A DNA stretch of 63,644 nucleotides, filler included, from Octopus bimaculoides (Eukaryota): assembly GCF_001194135.2 (NCBI RefSeq). It is 4 parts of 4 records of this genome, joined end to end, with 100 filler letters (N's around TTAATTAATTAA, not from the genome) between each part and the next. Parts side by side here need not be neighbours in the genome. Positions count along the whole stretch, not along the records: positions 1 to 14,224 come from NC_069003.1; positions 14,325 to 32,855 come from NC_068987.1; 2 more parts are not named here. One strand, 5' to 3'. Below are positions 10,945-23,650 of the stretch, in pieces (the first letter of the stretch is position 1; each line of letters starts with the position of its first letter). The translations under genes and the position numbers were made by a program. The notes under the pieces were generated by a model. The model was not told where the DNA came from, searched no databases, and worked only from the letters and a program-made list of their open reading frames with translations.

Positions 10945-11530
10945 CTCTCAGACTCACACTTATTGCAGCAGCCTTTCACTTTTTCTAAGCCCTGTAAAAA
11001 GAATGCGGAAGGTTAAGCCTCCATCCAGGCTTTTCGCAATACCCTTCAAGCCAAGAACTTTTCAGCATCACATCATATCTATTAGGGGTACCAAGAAATA
11101 ATGTATTTCAGTTAAAGAGTTCAGATCTGCATAAAACACCATAATACCATCATTAACAATAGCATTTTCCCATCTCAAAATTTTTCAGGTTCCTTGGGCA
11201 AAATTTTTAAAAAAATTAAAAAATCAAGTAATTTTGAAGAGAAATGTGTTTGGGGGTGTTGTTTCAACAGTATCTCTGTTTTCCACTGGTAATAAAGCTC
11301 ATGTAACCTGAATGAGTGAAAATGTGAAGGTGCTAAATCTGGTGAGTAGGTAAGGTAAGGTAGACAGTTTTTCAGCCTAATGAATTTTATCATTTCTTGG
11401 ACAAAATCTTGTTGAATGCACTGCTGTATTCTCAGGAAATGGGATGGGCAGCTCCTGAGGTACCCACTTCCCATCTCTGTATACTTATCCCAATCAGCAT
11501 GAGATGATCTTGCACAGTGGACCAAGGTTT
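10945..11530 (-). mobile_element. Fragmented mariner transposase remnant
   Basis: PYLTYSPDLAPSHFHSF (YSPDLAPSD motif) at about 11320-11370, and a C-terminal KGIAK/WMEA*PSAFFLQGLEKVKGCCNKC at about 10950-11050. Confidence 0.7.
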
Positions 11531-11758
11531 ATTAACCCCACTCTATCCCCAGGATAAGTACCTGATGATTTGACAAGGACCCTTTTCAATTGCTGTTTTT
11601 ATCCTGTCATTATTGAGAACAGTTGTTCTTCCTGATTAATACCCATCCTTTTTTTCCCAATTCACCAAAAAAAATCACCATTTTTCAATTTATTAAAAAA
11701 AAACAAAAAAGACACCTCTGAACATTCAGTGTATGCAATATATATATATATATATATA

Positions 11759-12345
11759 TCTATCATCATCATCATCATCATCGTCATCGTCATCGTCATC
11801 ATCGTCATCATCATCATCATCATCATCATTTAATGTCCGCTTTCCATGCTAGCATGGGTTGGATGATTTTACTGAGAACTGGTGAACCAGATGGTTACAC
11901 TAGACTCCAATCTGTCAGTGTTTCTACAGCTGGATGCCCTTCCTAATGCCAACCACTCCAAGAGTGTAGTAGGTGCTTTTAGGTACCACTGGTACGAAGG
12001 CCAGTCAGGCGGTACCGGCAACGGCCATGCTCAAAATGGTGTATTTTACGTGCCACCTGCACAGGAGCCAGTCCAGTGGCACTGGCAACGACCTCGCTCG
12101 AATGTCTTTTCACGTGCCAGGAAGGCGACGCTGGTAACGATCACACTCAAATGGTGCTATTTACATTCCAATGGTACGGAAACCAGACAGCTGCTCTGGC
12201 AACGATCGCGCTCGGACGGTGCTCGGACTGGTACAGGTGCCATCACGATTTCGATTTCACTTGCCACAACAGGTCTTTGCAAGCCGAGTTTAGTGTCCAA
12301 GGAAGGAGACGTTGGCATGGGTGCCAGACATCGAATTTAGTTCGA
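11759..12345 (-). mobile_element. Second long modular RTE-tailed SINE copy
   Basis: Same body and tandem modules as 7037-7613; units start at about 11983, 12050 and 12114. Confidence 0.85.
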
Positions 12346-12914
12346 TTATATATATATATATATATATATACATATACATAATTTCCCTTGCAGCATGTTG
12401 CATCGATACCCATACAAAATTCTTGCAAAGCGTACAATGTTGAATACATAGCTCATTAAAGTCCTTGTCTTCCACAGGCAGAGAGAGCATATACACACAC
12501 AATCTCTTGTTTAAGGTTATTGCTACAGATTTTCTAAAGAAATTATAGCCAACACCAATTTGTTATAACATTTCATATCTGAATATGTCTAAAGTATACA
12601 ACAATGCAATTGAAGATAGAAAAACAGGTAATGGGTGTATATGACATATTTCAGGAGTTCTTACTCCCTTGTCAGCACCACATCCAAGCCACTGACCATC
12701 CACAAACGCATTGCTTAAATAGCCACTAAATATAGCAGTGTAATACAACTGGATATACCAATTCTACATATTAACACATTCCTAGCAGCTGATACATACA
12801 TATTAATTACTTGTAGGTACACTATTTCATAATGCAACCATAATATACAAGAGTATATCAAACACTTTATAAGTCAATACTATGTCTTCGATCGCATTTT
12901 TGTTTATATGCAGT

Positions 12915-13125
12915 TTGCCAGTACCGCCGGACTGGCCCTCGTGCCGGTGGCACATAAAAAGCACCCACTACACTCTCGGAGTGGTTGGCGTTAAGAAGGG
13001 CATCCAGCTGTAGAAACTACCAGATCAGACTGGAGTCTCGTGTAGCCATCTGGTTCGCCAGTCCCTAGTCAAATCACCCAACCCATGCTAGCATGGAAAG
13101 CAGACATCAAATGATAATGATGATT
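12915..13125 (+). mobile_element. RTE-tailed SINE with a single internal unit
   Basis: TTGCCAGTACCGCCGGACTGGCCCTCGTGCCGGTGGCAC...GCATGGAAAGCAGACATCAAATGATAATGATG. Confidence 0.85.
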
Positions 13126-13329
13126 AAATGTATGCAGATGTGAAACAAAATCAGTGCTGGCTATAATTTCTTTAAAAAACTCCATAGAATGATTCAATAG
13201 CACTGCTAACACAGTAGGACACAGCATTGACTTATAAAATAGTTAATATACTTTGTAGTATATTATGGTTGCATAATGAAATACAGTGTCATTATAATTA
13301 ACAAACAATCTGTCCACATTAAGGTTTGG

Positions 13330-13625
13330 TCTATCAACTTATGTAAGCCCACATCCAGCACATTCTCATAGGAGCAAACATGGCCGACGTGACAGATACA
13401 GGATAGGTAGATCCTATGGCAGTGAGGACACTGAAGGTGACCCCCAAACAACAGCTGCAGGGATCGTTGATGTCCCTTGGTCTCTTCATGCAGTCCCCTG
13501 CATAGGTAGATCCTGTGGCAGTGAGGACACTGAAGGTGACCCCCAAACAACAGCTGCAGGGATCGTTGATGTCCCTTGGTCTCTTCATGCAGTCCCCTGC
13601 ATGGGACAGGTTCTACGTCTCTTGA
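13330..13625 (-). pseudogene. RTE-type LINE ORF C-terminal zinc-finger remnant containing a 99-bp tandem duplication
   Basis: QCPHCHRIYLSCICHVGHV resembles the terminal CPxCxRxxxSRIGLxSH finger of RTE ORFs. 13403-13501 and 13502-13600 differ at one base. Confidence 0.55.
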
Positions 13626-13724
13626 AACTATACTGATTGGTTGGCTAATTTGCAAGAGCATGTTTTATTGGCAAGACCATGAGGCTATTCCCTAATATAT
13701 ATATATTAAAAAGGCTGGAAGAAG

Positions 13725-13930
13725 CCTGCTGTATGTGTGTACCTTTGTGTTTGTCCCCCATCACTGCTCGACAACTGATGTTAGTTTATTTATGTCCTCA
13801 TAACTTAGCAGTTCCCCAAGAGATTCATAGATTTTTCTGTTGTTCAGGCTCGGGAGAAAAAGTACTGGAGTTTATTTGTTTAACTAAAAACCCTCCAAGA
13901 TGGTGCCAAAACCAATGACTGAAACAAGAT
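13725..13930 (+). mobile_element. OR-like SINE, 3' part, degenerate
   Basis: GAAGAAGCC..TTTGTCCCCCATCACTGCTCGACAACTGATG..TAACTTAGCAGTTC..ATGACTGAAACAAG. Confidence 0.75.
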
Positions 13931-14224
13931 AAAACATACAATACACACACACACGCATATATTACGTGTGTGTGTGTGTGTGTGTGCATGAGAGAGAAAA
14001 TAAACAAAGAAAAAAAAACACAGAAGATCCAGAAATCGTTTTTTGTATTGTTTTTATTTTTCCTGAGATCATTAAGGAACAATCTCTTGCTAAGATTTAG
14101 TTCCATTTCTGACAAAATCCTTTTTCTCCAAGTTTTAAAAAAATAAAAAAAATTGTCCCTCACAACAGCACTGTTTCTTAGTTCCAGTTTCAATTATTAT
14201 TCTTTTTTTTTTATTATTATCATA

Positions 14225-14324
14225 NNNNNNNNNNNNNNNNNNNNNNNNNNNNNNNNNNNNNNNNNNNNTTAATTAATTAANNNNNNNNNNNNNNNNNNNN
14301 NNNNNNNNNNNNNNNNNNNNNNNN
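14225..14324. other. Assembly scaffold spacer N44-TTAATTAATTAA-N44 (artefact)
   Basis: An identical 100-bp construct occurs at 32856-32955 and 47085-47184. The 12-mer has stop codons in all six frames. Confidence 0.95.
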
Positions 14325-14667
14325 AAGGAGAAGAAGAAGAATAAGAAGAAGAAAAAAAAGAAGAAGAAGAAGAAGAAGAAGAAGAAGAAGAACAACAACA
14401 ACAACACCAACACTGCAAACCACCATCATCACCACCACCACCACCACCACCACCACCACCACTACCGCCGCCGCCGTCGTCGCAAACAAGAACACAATAA
14501 CAATGCAACTATCCCCAATTCCAACTTTTTCACCGTCAGCTACTTCACTGGCACCACCACAAGTGAAATAGCACCGACAACAGCAACACGAATAACAACA
14601 CCCCGTACCAGTGATGTCCACACACCACTACCAAAACAACAACAACAGCAATACCATCACCGGTACT

Positions 14668-14708
<41 letters not shown>

Positions 14709-15023
14709 GAAAAACATTACCAAAGCGTAGCAACACCGCTGAAAGAAAATGTCCAGGGGCATTTAACAGCAGCGCAATCATCACCACGAACGCCACCACC
14801 GACAACAAAAACTCCGATCCACCGACACTACGAGAATCGTCGGTACGAACGCTGACAACGACACTACCAATGCCAAGAACAAACCAACACCGACTCCGCT
14901 TCAATGCTTTAGACATCAGCTTAACCACCATAAACACAAACACCGCCATTCTCGAGATGCTCAAAGCTGGAATGACGTCTACGTGCCTTTGATTTCGCAA
15001 TCGAGACAGACCAGGGGGCTAAA

Positions 15024-15101
<78 letters not shown>

Positions 15102-15233
15102 AGCTTCTACTAAAACTACTACTAATATTACAACTACTACCACTACTACCACCATTACTACTATTACTACTACTACTACCGCCATTACTACTACTACAAT
15201 TACTAGTACTATTACCAGTACCATCACTACCAT

Positions 15234-15294
<61 letters not shown>

Positions 15295-15300
15295 GTTCAG
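14325..15300. repeat. Trinucleotide-rich low-complexity block ((AAG)n, (CAC)n, (CAT)n, (CTA)n, (CTG)n) with CpG-rich unique spacers
   Basis: Direct reading. See findings for a possible coding interpretation. Confidence 0.85.
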
Positions 15301-15832
15301 CATTATCATGACCATTTTCAACAACAGAAATCAACATGAGCATCGCAACTTCCGGTATTAAAACAAACAACATTGACAACAACAAACCATGAGAAAATGA
15401 TTGAGCTTCAACGTGGTAGTTCGATCTACTAGAAATCGTAACCACATCTCTTTCTCGAATATATCTTAAAGCTATCGATCCATGTTTGCCGTATTAACGC
15501 AACCGTTAATGGCCTCATATATATGAAATGTCTTTTGGTATCCGTTCCAGTCTTTTACGAAGATACTGATTACTAACTAAATTGTATCAGCCCCAAGGGG
15601 GGATTCCTTTTTTTTTTTCTCCCTTGCACAATAACAGTGTGTGAAAAGTTGGCGGGGAGCATTACAATACAGAGGCAACTGTTAGTTTCCGAAAAATAAA
15701 AATCACGTTATTAGCGACGGAAGCAATATTAGTTCGACTCGAGAAAGTATCTTGTTTAAACTCATATTTTTAGAAAGCACACTACATCAGTAGCGGCTGT
15801 AGAGTCGCTAAATCTAGATTACTGCTTCTTTG

Positions 15833-16170
15833 GGCGTCATCAGTGGTTAGAGTACCGGGTTCACAGTCACGAGGTACTGAGTTCGATTCCCGGACCGAGA
15901 TGTTAGTTGTGTTCTTAAGCAAGACACTTTATTTCACGTTGCTCCAGTTCACTCAGCTGTAGAAATGAGTTACGACGTCACTAGTTCCAAGCTGTATCGG
16001 CCATTGCCCTTACCCTGGATAACATCAATGTTGTGGCGAGTGTTGTGGCTGGCATGCATGGGCGACTGCTGGTCTTCTATAAAAACAACCTTTCCCGGAC
16101 TTTTACCTAGGAGGGTAACTTTCTAGGTGCAATTCCATGGCCATTCGTGACCAAAGTGAGGTATTTACTC
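15833..16170 (+). mobile_element. tRNA-head SINE
   Basis: A-box-like CAGTGGTTAGAG and B-box GAGTTCGATTCCC, followed by CTTAAGCAAGACACTTTATTTCACGTTGCTCCAGTTCACTCAGCTG. Confidence 0.85.
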
Positions 16171-16319
16171 ATTTACTCAAAGCGTCATCAGTAACGGGTA
16201 TCCATTAACATATCTAAAACAAATGTAGCCTCCAAGACCAAGCCTATGCAAAGACAGGAAATTGGTCAATCCGAACCAATGGAGACCCTAAATAAATTGT
16301 CGTATATTATGTATTCCAA

Positions 16320-16520
16320 TAATGGCGAGCTGGTAGAATGGTAGGCACGTGGGGCAAAAAGTTTAGCGGCGTTTCGTCAATCTTTACTTTCTGAGTTCAC
16401 ACTCCACCGATTTCGACTTTGCATTTCAAGTACCAGTTTAGCACTGGAGTCGATATAATCGACTCAGTCCCACACCCGCACCGAGCTTGCTGGCCTTGTG
16501 CCAAAATTTGAAATCAATAT
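16320..16520 (+). mobile_element. SINE (GGCGAGCTGG...GGCCTTGTGCC family)
   Basis: Reverse complement of the family at 27130 and 30200. Confidence 0.8.
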
Positions 16521-16844
16521 ATATTACCTTCCAAGGTTAGTTGTACCTGGATATATTAAATAATACTCTAGCGCTTTGATTGAATAAAATACGGGACACT
16601 TGATGCAAAGTCGTTTATTTGATCATGGGGCTTCTCAAATGGAATATACATGGGGCTAAACAACAAAAAACAGTAACAAAAGGTTCTTCTGTTCTGTCAT
16701 GAGTGGACCAGCGTGGCACAACAACAAAAAGTACAGTACAACTATACTACCATCAATAAAATCAGTATCACAAAATGGCGACCAATAATTCATTCACAAT
16801 AATCACGGTCGTCATATTTCGGTATTCATCGTCTCCGCCTTAAT

Positions 16845-17034
16845 ATCACTATTGCCAGCATCATCATGATCATCATGATCATCATGATCATCATGATCAT
16901 CGTGGCCGTTGTTGTTGTCATCATCATCATTGCCATACTCCACAAACGACATCCCTTTTTCCACGCCTCTACTTCGTCGTTTATAAGAGTATTCGTTATT
17001 AGTTCTATGGCTATCATCATCATCACCATCATCG

Positions 17035-17084
<50 letters not shown>

Positions 17085-17300
17085 GGCAATAGTAGCAGCG
17101 ACAAAATCAATATCCAGCAGCATCGTTGCCATAATCCACAAACTACTCCTTCCTCACGATTTCTCCACGTTCTTCTCATCCTCAGTCTCACAATCAATGC
17201 GTTTAACTTCACCACCACCAACACCAACACCACCACCACCACCACTGTCACCACCGTCGTCATCATCATCATCATCATCATCATCGTCATCATCGTTCTC
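16845..17300. repeat. (CAT)n/(CAC)n low-complexity block
   Basis: Direct reading of the sequence. Confidence 0.85.
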
Positions 17301-17548
17301 CTTATCAATAGCATCTTCAATAAGAAGATGGAAGGGCAGAAAAAGAACAACAGCAATAAGCAGATCTGGAAACTGGGACAGTAGTCAGCTATCGTCACCA
17401 TATATATCTTATTTTTCACATCACATCTAGGCTATCTATTCATCCTATAGTAAACATAATCTCCTCCACCAACATTCACCTTAACAAATTGGTTCAATTG
17501 GTATTCAAATATTTGCACTGATAGTTTCACTTTCAATATCGTACTCAC

Positions 17549-17609
17549 CTGGTCCACGTATATCTTAGTCTCACATCTTGTTTCAACTACAGCACGCAGA
17601 GTTAAACGC
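17549..17609 (-). CDS. Candidate 61-nt internal exon of an unidentified gene (xRLTLRAVVETRCETKIYVDQ)
   Basis: CACTGCAG acceptor, CAG|GTGAGT donor and a single open frame in unique sequence. No homology recognised. Confidence 0.25.
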
Positions 17610-17843
17610 CTGCAGTGGATTACAGCTAATGACGTATAGGGATGCAGTTTGAAATCCTTATCCACTTAGAGAAGGTGCGTGTCTAATACAAATTAGTAAT
17701 CATACTCGTACCTACACACGCACAAAATCATATACACACATATATACACAAATATTTACGTATATGTTTGTGTAAATGTGTGTATGTGTATACGTGAATA
17801 TATCTGTATTTGTATTTATCTCTCTCCCCTTCCATCTTCAGCT

Positions 17844-17881
<38 letters not shown>

Positions 17882-17943
17882 ATGTATATATATATATATA
17901 TTACCGGCATAATGCCTCTCCCAAGGTTTAATTGTATATATAT

Positions 17944-18186
17944 ACTCCTTTTTACTCTTTTAATTGTTTCAGTCATTTGACTGCGGCCATGCTGGGGCAC
18001 CGCCTTTAGTCGAGCAAATCGGCCCCAGGGACTTATTCTTTGTAAGCCTAGTACTTATTCTATCGGTCTCTTTTGCCGAACCGCTAAGTTACGGGAACAT
18101 AAACACACCAGCATCAGTTGTCAAGCGATGTTGGGGGAGACTAACACAGATACACAAACACATACACACATACATATATACATACA

Positions 18187-18222
<36 letters not shown>

Positions 18223-18372
18223 CGACAGGCTTCTTTCAGTTTCCGTCTACCAAATCCACTCACAAGGCTTTGGTCGGCCTGAGTTTATAGTAGAAGACAC
18301 TTGCCCAAGGTGCCACGCAGTGGGACTGAACCCGGAACCATGCGGTTGGTAAGCAAGCTACTGACCGCACGA
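17944..18372 (-). mobile_element. Near full-length tRNA-head SINE (OR-like) with an internal (TATG)n tract
   Basis: Head GGTTCCGGGTTCAGTCCCACTGCGTGGCACCTTGGGCAAG, tail GCAGTCAAATGACTGAAACAA(TTAAAAGAGT). Highly similar to 32956-33293. Confidence 0.92.
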
Positions 18373-19104
18373 GCGCAGCATGGCCAATTGACAAAGACGT
18401 TCGCTTTGTAACCATGAGGTCCTGGGTTCGATCTTACTGTGCAGTATCTTGAGCAAATATTTTCTTCTGTTTCGACTCGACACATGCTTGTGAGTGAAAT
18501 TAGATAAATAGAAACTACGTTGAAACCCAGCAGTTTTATTGCACCTTCAAATCAAACGTTACAACTTTATAACACACTGTGTAGCGCTGATAAATATTGT
18601 GAATTGCTTTGAGGGCATATGCGCCTATCAAGTGTGCAACTACATATTTGTTAATTCAGGAATAGATAATTCCTGCGTATGATCAAATGAATCTTCATCG
18701 TCGACACCGTCTATGCGTCGATGCACTTTGAAGCAGCATTCATCATAAACAAGCAAAATTAAAAGGTGATGCAAGGGAGGTATGCCACGTAGATATCAAT
18801 AATCCTTTCAAATGTTTAGCGTGTAACTGAATCAGTGTTTTCTAAAGCTGGTCATTTTTAGCCACTCAAAGAGACACGAATCAAAACCCACTAATAATAA
18901 TATTTACCAACTGAAGGAAAATATATCTATCAATCATATAACAATTGATGTTTTTCTATTGGCTCTTTCAAGAGATATATGTCAGTATACAATGCCAAGT
19001 GTCATGATTCTGTATTGCACTTAATTGAGAAGAGACTTTATGTGATAGCTGTATAAAAGCTGCATTTCAGCAGTTTAGCTGAAACGACGTCTTTGCTTTG
19101 CAGA

Positions 19105-19135
<31 letters not shown>

Positions 19136-19364
19136 ATGTATGTATAAATATTTCCCTGAGCGCCTGCTAATACTTTACATGTACCACATCCTCGCGTTGT
19201 TGTTTTTTTTTTGTGTTTGCTCTTCTTTTTGAGGATTTACNNNNNNNNNNNNNNNNNNNNNNNNNNNNNNNNNNNNNNNNNNNNNNNNNNNNNNNNNNNN
19301 NNNNNNNNNNNNNNNNNNNNNNNNNNNNNNNNNNNNNNNNNNNNNNNNNNNNNNNNNNNNNNNN

Positions 19365-19397
<33 letters not shown>

Positions 19398-19619
19398 TAC
19401 ATATTTATATTCATACTTGCTTATATCATGCATACGTTCAAACACACAGACAAATACATATAAGTATGTGTGTGTACGTATATAACAATGATAATAATAA
19501 TATATGCTTACATACAACAAAATCTCAATGTTAGAAAATTTACAATACAAAATACTTTATGGGGGCATAATATTTGAATAAATGAAATATAAAGCAAAGC
19601 CTCGAGGAGAACACTTTGG

Positions 19620-19790
19620 AGTCGGCTGCATTAAGATTTCTGTCCTGCCAAAACTGATTGCTAGACCGAATAGTGTTGACAATTATTTTTAAGTGGCTTT
19701 CCCGGTGGGCCATGAGGTCACAATTATCTGTGAACAACATTTTTCTAATAAGAAACTTAAGTGTTTTTGTATTTGCACTGGACATTTTGG
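19620..19790 (-). pseudogene. RTE-clade reverse transcriptase fragment
   Basis: TKTLKFLIRKMLFTDNCDLMAHRESHLKIIVN matches TKT...LIRELLFADDCAL.AH.E..LQ.IVD (decayed FADD motif). Confidence 0.75.
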
Positions 19791-21014
19791 TTCAATTAAA
19801 TTTCTATCCAAACATTATCTGATATAGTTACCAAGAATATGTTGTTTATAACAAGTGCTTGGACAGCAGCAACAGAAGAGATAAGAAGATAAGCTAGAAA
19901 ACTTGGTAGATATCTCAGAAAAGTTTTGATAAATGAACATATATATATTTATATAAGAATACGTTTATCACGCCGTTGAATTCATATGACACTAGTAAGA
20001 CAATGTAAAATACACCTTGAATAGTTTATATGTTCTCTACTACCACGTTCTATAGAGTCAACTATTCAAATATTATTTATTTATATTTACATGACTGGCT
20101 GATAGATATATCGTATTAGGAATCAAGAAGGCCTACAAAGGTGGAATTTAAAATTCTGGTAAATTACTGGAAATTTGCGTGGGCATCTAATTGTTATATA
20201 AGGGTATATAATCGCTGTAGAACCTGGCAGAACAGGGCAGGTGTTTTTAGGTGAAACAAGTCAATAGGAAAACATAATCTGCGTTGTCCACATAACAGAC
20301 ATAAATATCACTCCAAAATCAGCATTAGGTTAGCATATGAATCTATCAATATCTTACGAAAATGGCAAGATACAGAATATAGAGACATTGTTTATCAAAA
20401 CGAATGGGGGTTATATCGTTTGCATAAAGCTCTAAAAGTCCTTTTGAATCCTTAGTTGATACGATTTTGAGTTTAGGTTTGTTAAGTATCACCAACATGT
20501 TGTACTAGTAAACTGTTAGAGATATCGAAATCATTAAAATATACATAAAATATGCCCGGAGTCGAACGTAACATACTTCTTAATACAAATTTATTTTTAA
20601 CATTTTTAATATTATTAGCGTGAAAAATTTAAAACAGGAACACATATTTGGTGAAGAAAACATAAGCTCAACGACTTATACATTTCCGAAAAACCAAGTG
20701 ATATCTTTGGTCGTGTTTCGGATTTGTTTGTTCTCACCAGCGGATCATAGAATTCACCCATACTCTCCGTATCAGTAACGTGTAACAAAGAACATAATGG
20801 TAGTTGAGGGCATAATACGCTCAAACCAACAAACAATCTAGCTCCATAAATAGTGAGCCGTAAAAACTAGTCTCCATGATAGAAACCAACTGTGAAAATA
20901 TAACACATTATCAAAAGCTTCCTAATCATAGAAGCAAATATATTAAACGTTGCAAAAATGAACTAGGTTTAGTCAATAAGCACAATTTAACTACAAATAA
21001 TCTTCAATCTGAAT

Positions 21015-21325
21015 TACAGGTACTACTCATTTTTGCCGGCTGAGAGGATTGGAGCAACGTGAAATAAAGTGTCTTACTCAAAGACATAACGCGCCGCCGG
21101 TTTTCAAACTCACAAATTTACGATCGGGAGCCGAACAACACAGCCACTAAGNNNNNNNNNNACTTATACATGAGAGCTTCTTTGAATTAAGTCAGCAAAA
21201 TCCACTCAAAATGTTTTAGTCGACCCGTGACTATAGAAGAAGAGACACTTGCCCAAGGTGTCCGGCAGTGGGACTGAACTTAGTGCGGTGTGGTTAGGAA
21301 GCAAACTTCATACCTCACGTACATG
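21015..21325 (-). mobile_element. Two adjacent SINE head fragments, one on each side of a 10-N gap
   Basis: GGAGCAACGTGAAATAAAGTGTCTT..CACTAAG and AGACACTTGCCCAAGGTG..GGGACTGAAC, the same families as above. Confidence 0.75.
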
Positions 21326-22086
21326 CCTGTGTAGTGTATTATATAAATATATATTAGAATTTATGGAGTGAAAGCGTGCGCATAAGAGCATAGACACGAG
21401 TAGGTACACTCTCACAGCGACTTTCAAACACACATATATATGTGCTTAGCCATGATTCGGTTGTGTGTCTGCAGTGGAAAAATACAGATGTTAGTTGAAA
21501 CCATGATGAATATCCATTACGCATACATACATACATATATATATATATATATNNNNNNNNNNNNNNNNNNNNNNNNNNNNNNNNNNNNNNNNNNNNNNNN
21601 NNNNNNNNNNNNNNNNNNNNNNNNNNNNNNNNNNNNNNNNNNNNNNNNNNNNNNNNNNNNNNNNNNNNNNNNNNNNNNNNNNNNNNNNNNNNNNNNNNNN
21701 NNNNNNNNNNNNNNNNNNNNNNNNNNNNNNNNNNNNNNNNNNNNNNNNNNNNNNNNNNNNNNNNNNNNNNNNNNNNNNNNNNNNNNNNNNNNNNNNNNNN
21801 NNNNNNNNNNNNNNNNNNNNNNNNNNNNNNNNNNNNNNNNNNNNNNNNNNNNNNNNNNNNNNNNNNNNNNNNNNNNNNNNNNNNNNNNNNNNNNNNNNNN
21901 NNNNNNNNNNNNNNNNNNNNNNNNNNNNNNNNNNNNNNNNNNNNNNNNNNNNNNNNNNNNNNNNNNNNNNNNNNNNNNNNNNNNNNNNNNNNNNNNNNNN
22001 NNNNNNNNNNNNNNNNNNNNNNNNNNNNNNNNNNNNNNNNNNNNNNNNNNNNNNNNNNNNNNNNNNNNNNNNNNNNNNNNNNNNNN

Positions 22087-22129
<43 letters not shown>

Positions 22130-23092
22130 ATATGTGTGTGTGTGTGTGTTTTTGCACCATTACACACGCATGAACAACCATGCTCACACATATATTTATG
22201 TGTAATAAGAAATATTGGTGTCGTCTGAAAAGAGACATACATTGAAACAGACAAGTAGATATATAGATAGAACAGATAAATGGATGGATATAAGCATATA
22301 TCCAATCCACCGCTGGTAATATTGTCTACAAATTCATTTACACATACTTAGAAGTTGTTTAAAAACTCTGATAACAATCTTCTATTTTCAACCATTTTAC
22401 TGAGTGTAGTTTTGGAATGATTCCAAGATCAGTACAAACCACATTTTGAAGTAACAAGCCGAGAGAGATAAGTTTAACCGATGCTTCACTATCTGTTCTT
22501 CTTAATAAACAGACGTTGGTAGAAATAATGATTTTTTTTCTATCGCCAAATTGACCAATTTGAGAATGGAGACTATATATATCAACTATAATATTGGTTT
22601 TATTAAATTTAACTTCCTTGCTTTTTAGATTTTTCATAGATGAATGCTAATGTGAGTACTGACAGGTTTTGAACTTAGATTAACAAGATACCAAACGCAA
22701 TGATGCCAGATTTAAAATGTAGCTGTAAGTTTATTTATTGAAGTTACTAATGCTAAACGTAAGACAAAATAATAGGAATTCATCTTTTAGTTTTGAATCT
22801 GTTGCTAAATGCGAAAGAAGCGATGAAAATGAATAGACTACATCTCCCAAGTGCCTATATGTCTATAAAATTTGTTCCATGTCGTATAAGTATAGCAGAG
22901 TTAGGGCAAAATATTTCCCCTGAACGACAGTCCGGTCTCAGTTGCATGCTTGTCTTCTACCTGGTGCTAGTACATATCTTCAGTCGAATAAATGAGACCA
23001 GCATGTGTAGAAGGGATTTGATCATGTGCCGCATGGTCTGTTAATTGAACAATATACTAGGCTGGCTACACACTCTCATACATATGTATATA

Positions 23093-23144
<52 letters not shown>

Positions 23145-23199
23145 TGTAAATACGCACACACATACACACACACACATATATCCATCCCTCTTTTCCACC

Positions 23200-23650
23200 T
23201 ACAATTCCTGAGAGAGTCATAGGGGTAGTGCGCTTAGGCTCCCTACCTTGTCCGTAAAATCCTTTCGGCCGCAACCGTTATTAAATTTTCACAAGAGTGA
23301 CCAACTGAGACTATGGATATTATTCATCAATTTTGTTTTTGTTCTTTCCAATCGGGTTCTTGCCGGATTGCTCGGCTTCAAGAACCCCTCTTGCCATTCT
23401 TTCCTCCGATATTCTACTCAAATATTCTTTGTAGCAGTACTGTTATCTCTCAATGTGGAGTACTAGCAGCTCGATCTGGACAAACTCCCTGATCTCCGAT
23501 TTATGTACTCTGTCGAGTAATGTTACACGAGAGTGCCTTCGAAGGAATACCATTTTGGCCGCTTGTCCTCCTGCGATCGTATTCTTTCGTTCATTACCGA
23601 ACATTTATGACCATAACCGTGAGGACAGACAAGAAAACTGTACTAAATGA
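23200..23650 (-). mobile_element. RTE LINE 3' fragment
   Basis: Minus-strand translation QAAKMVFLRRHSRVTLLDRVHKSEIREFVQIELLVLHIER*..SRISEERMARGVLEAEQSGKNPIG matches the RTE C-terminus (EMxFLRR.xGVTLLDRVRNSEIR..RMPEERL.R.VL..P.GKRPRGR). Confidence 0.85.

Noticed and set aside
22359-22637. 92-aa minus-strand ORF in unique AT-rich DNA
   Set aside because: No recognisable motif and no convincing splice-site pair.
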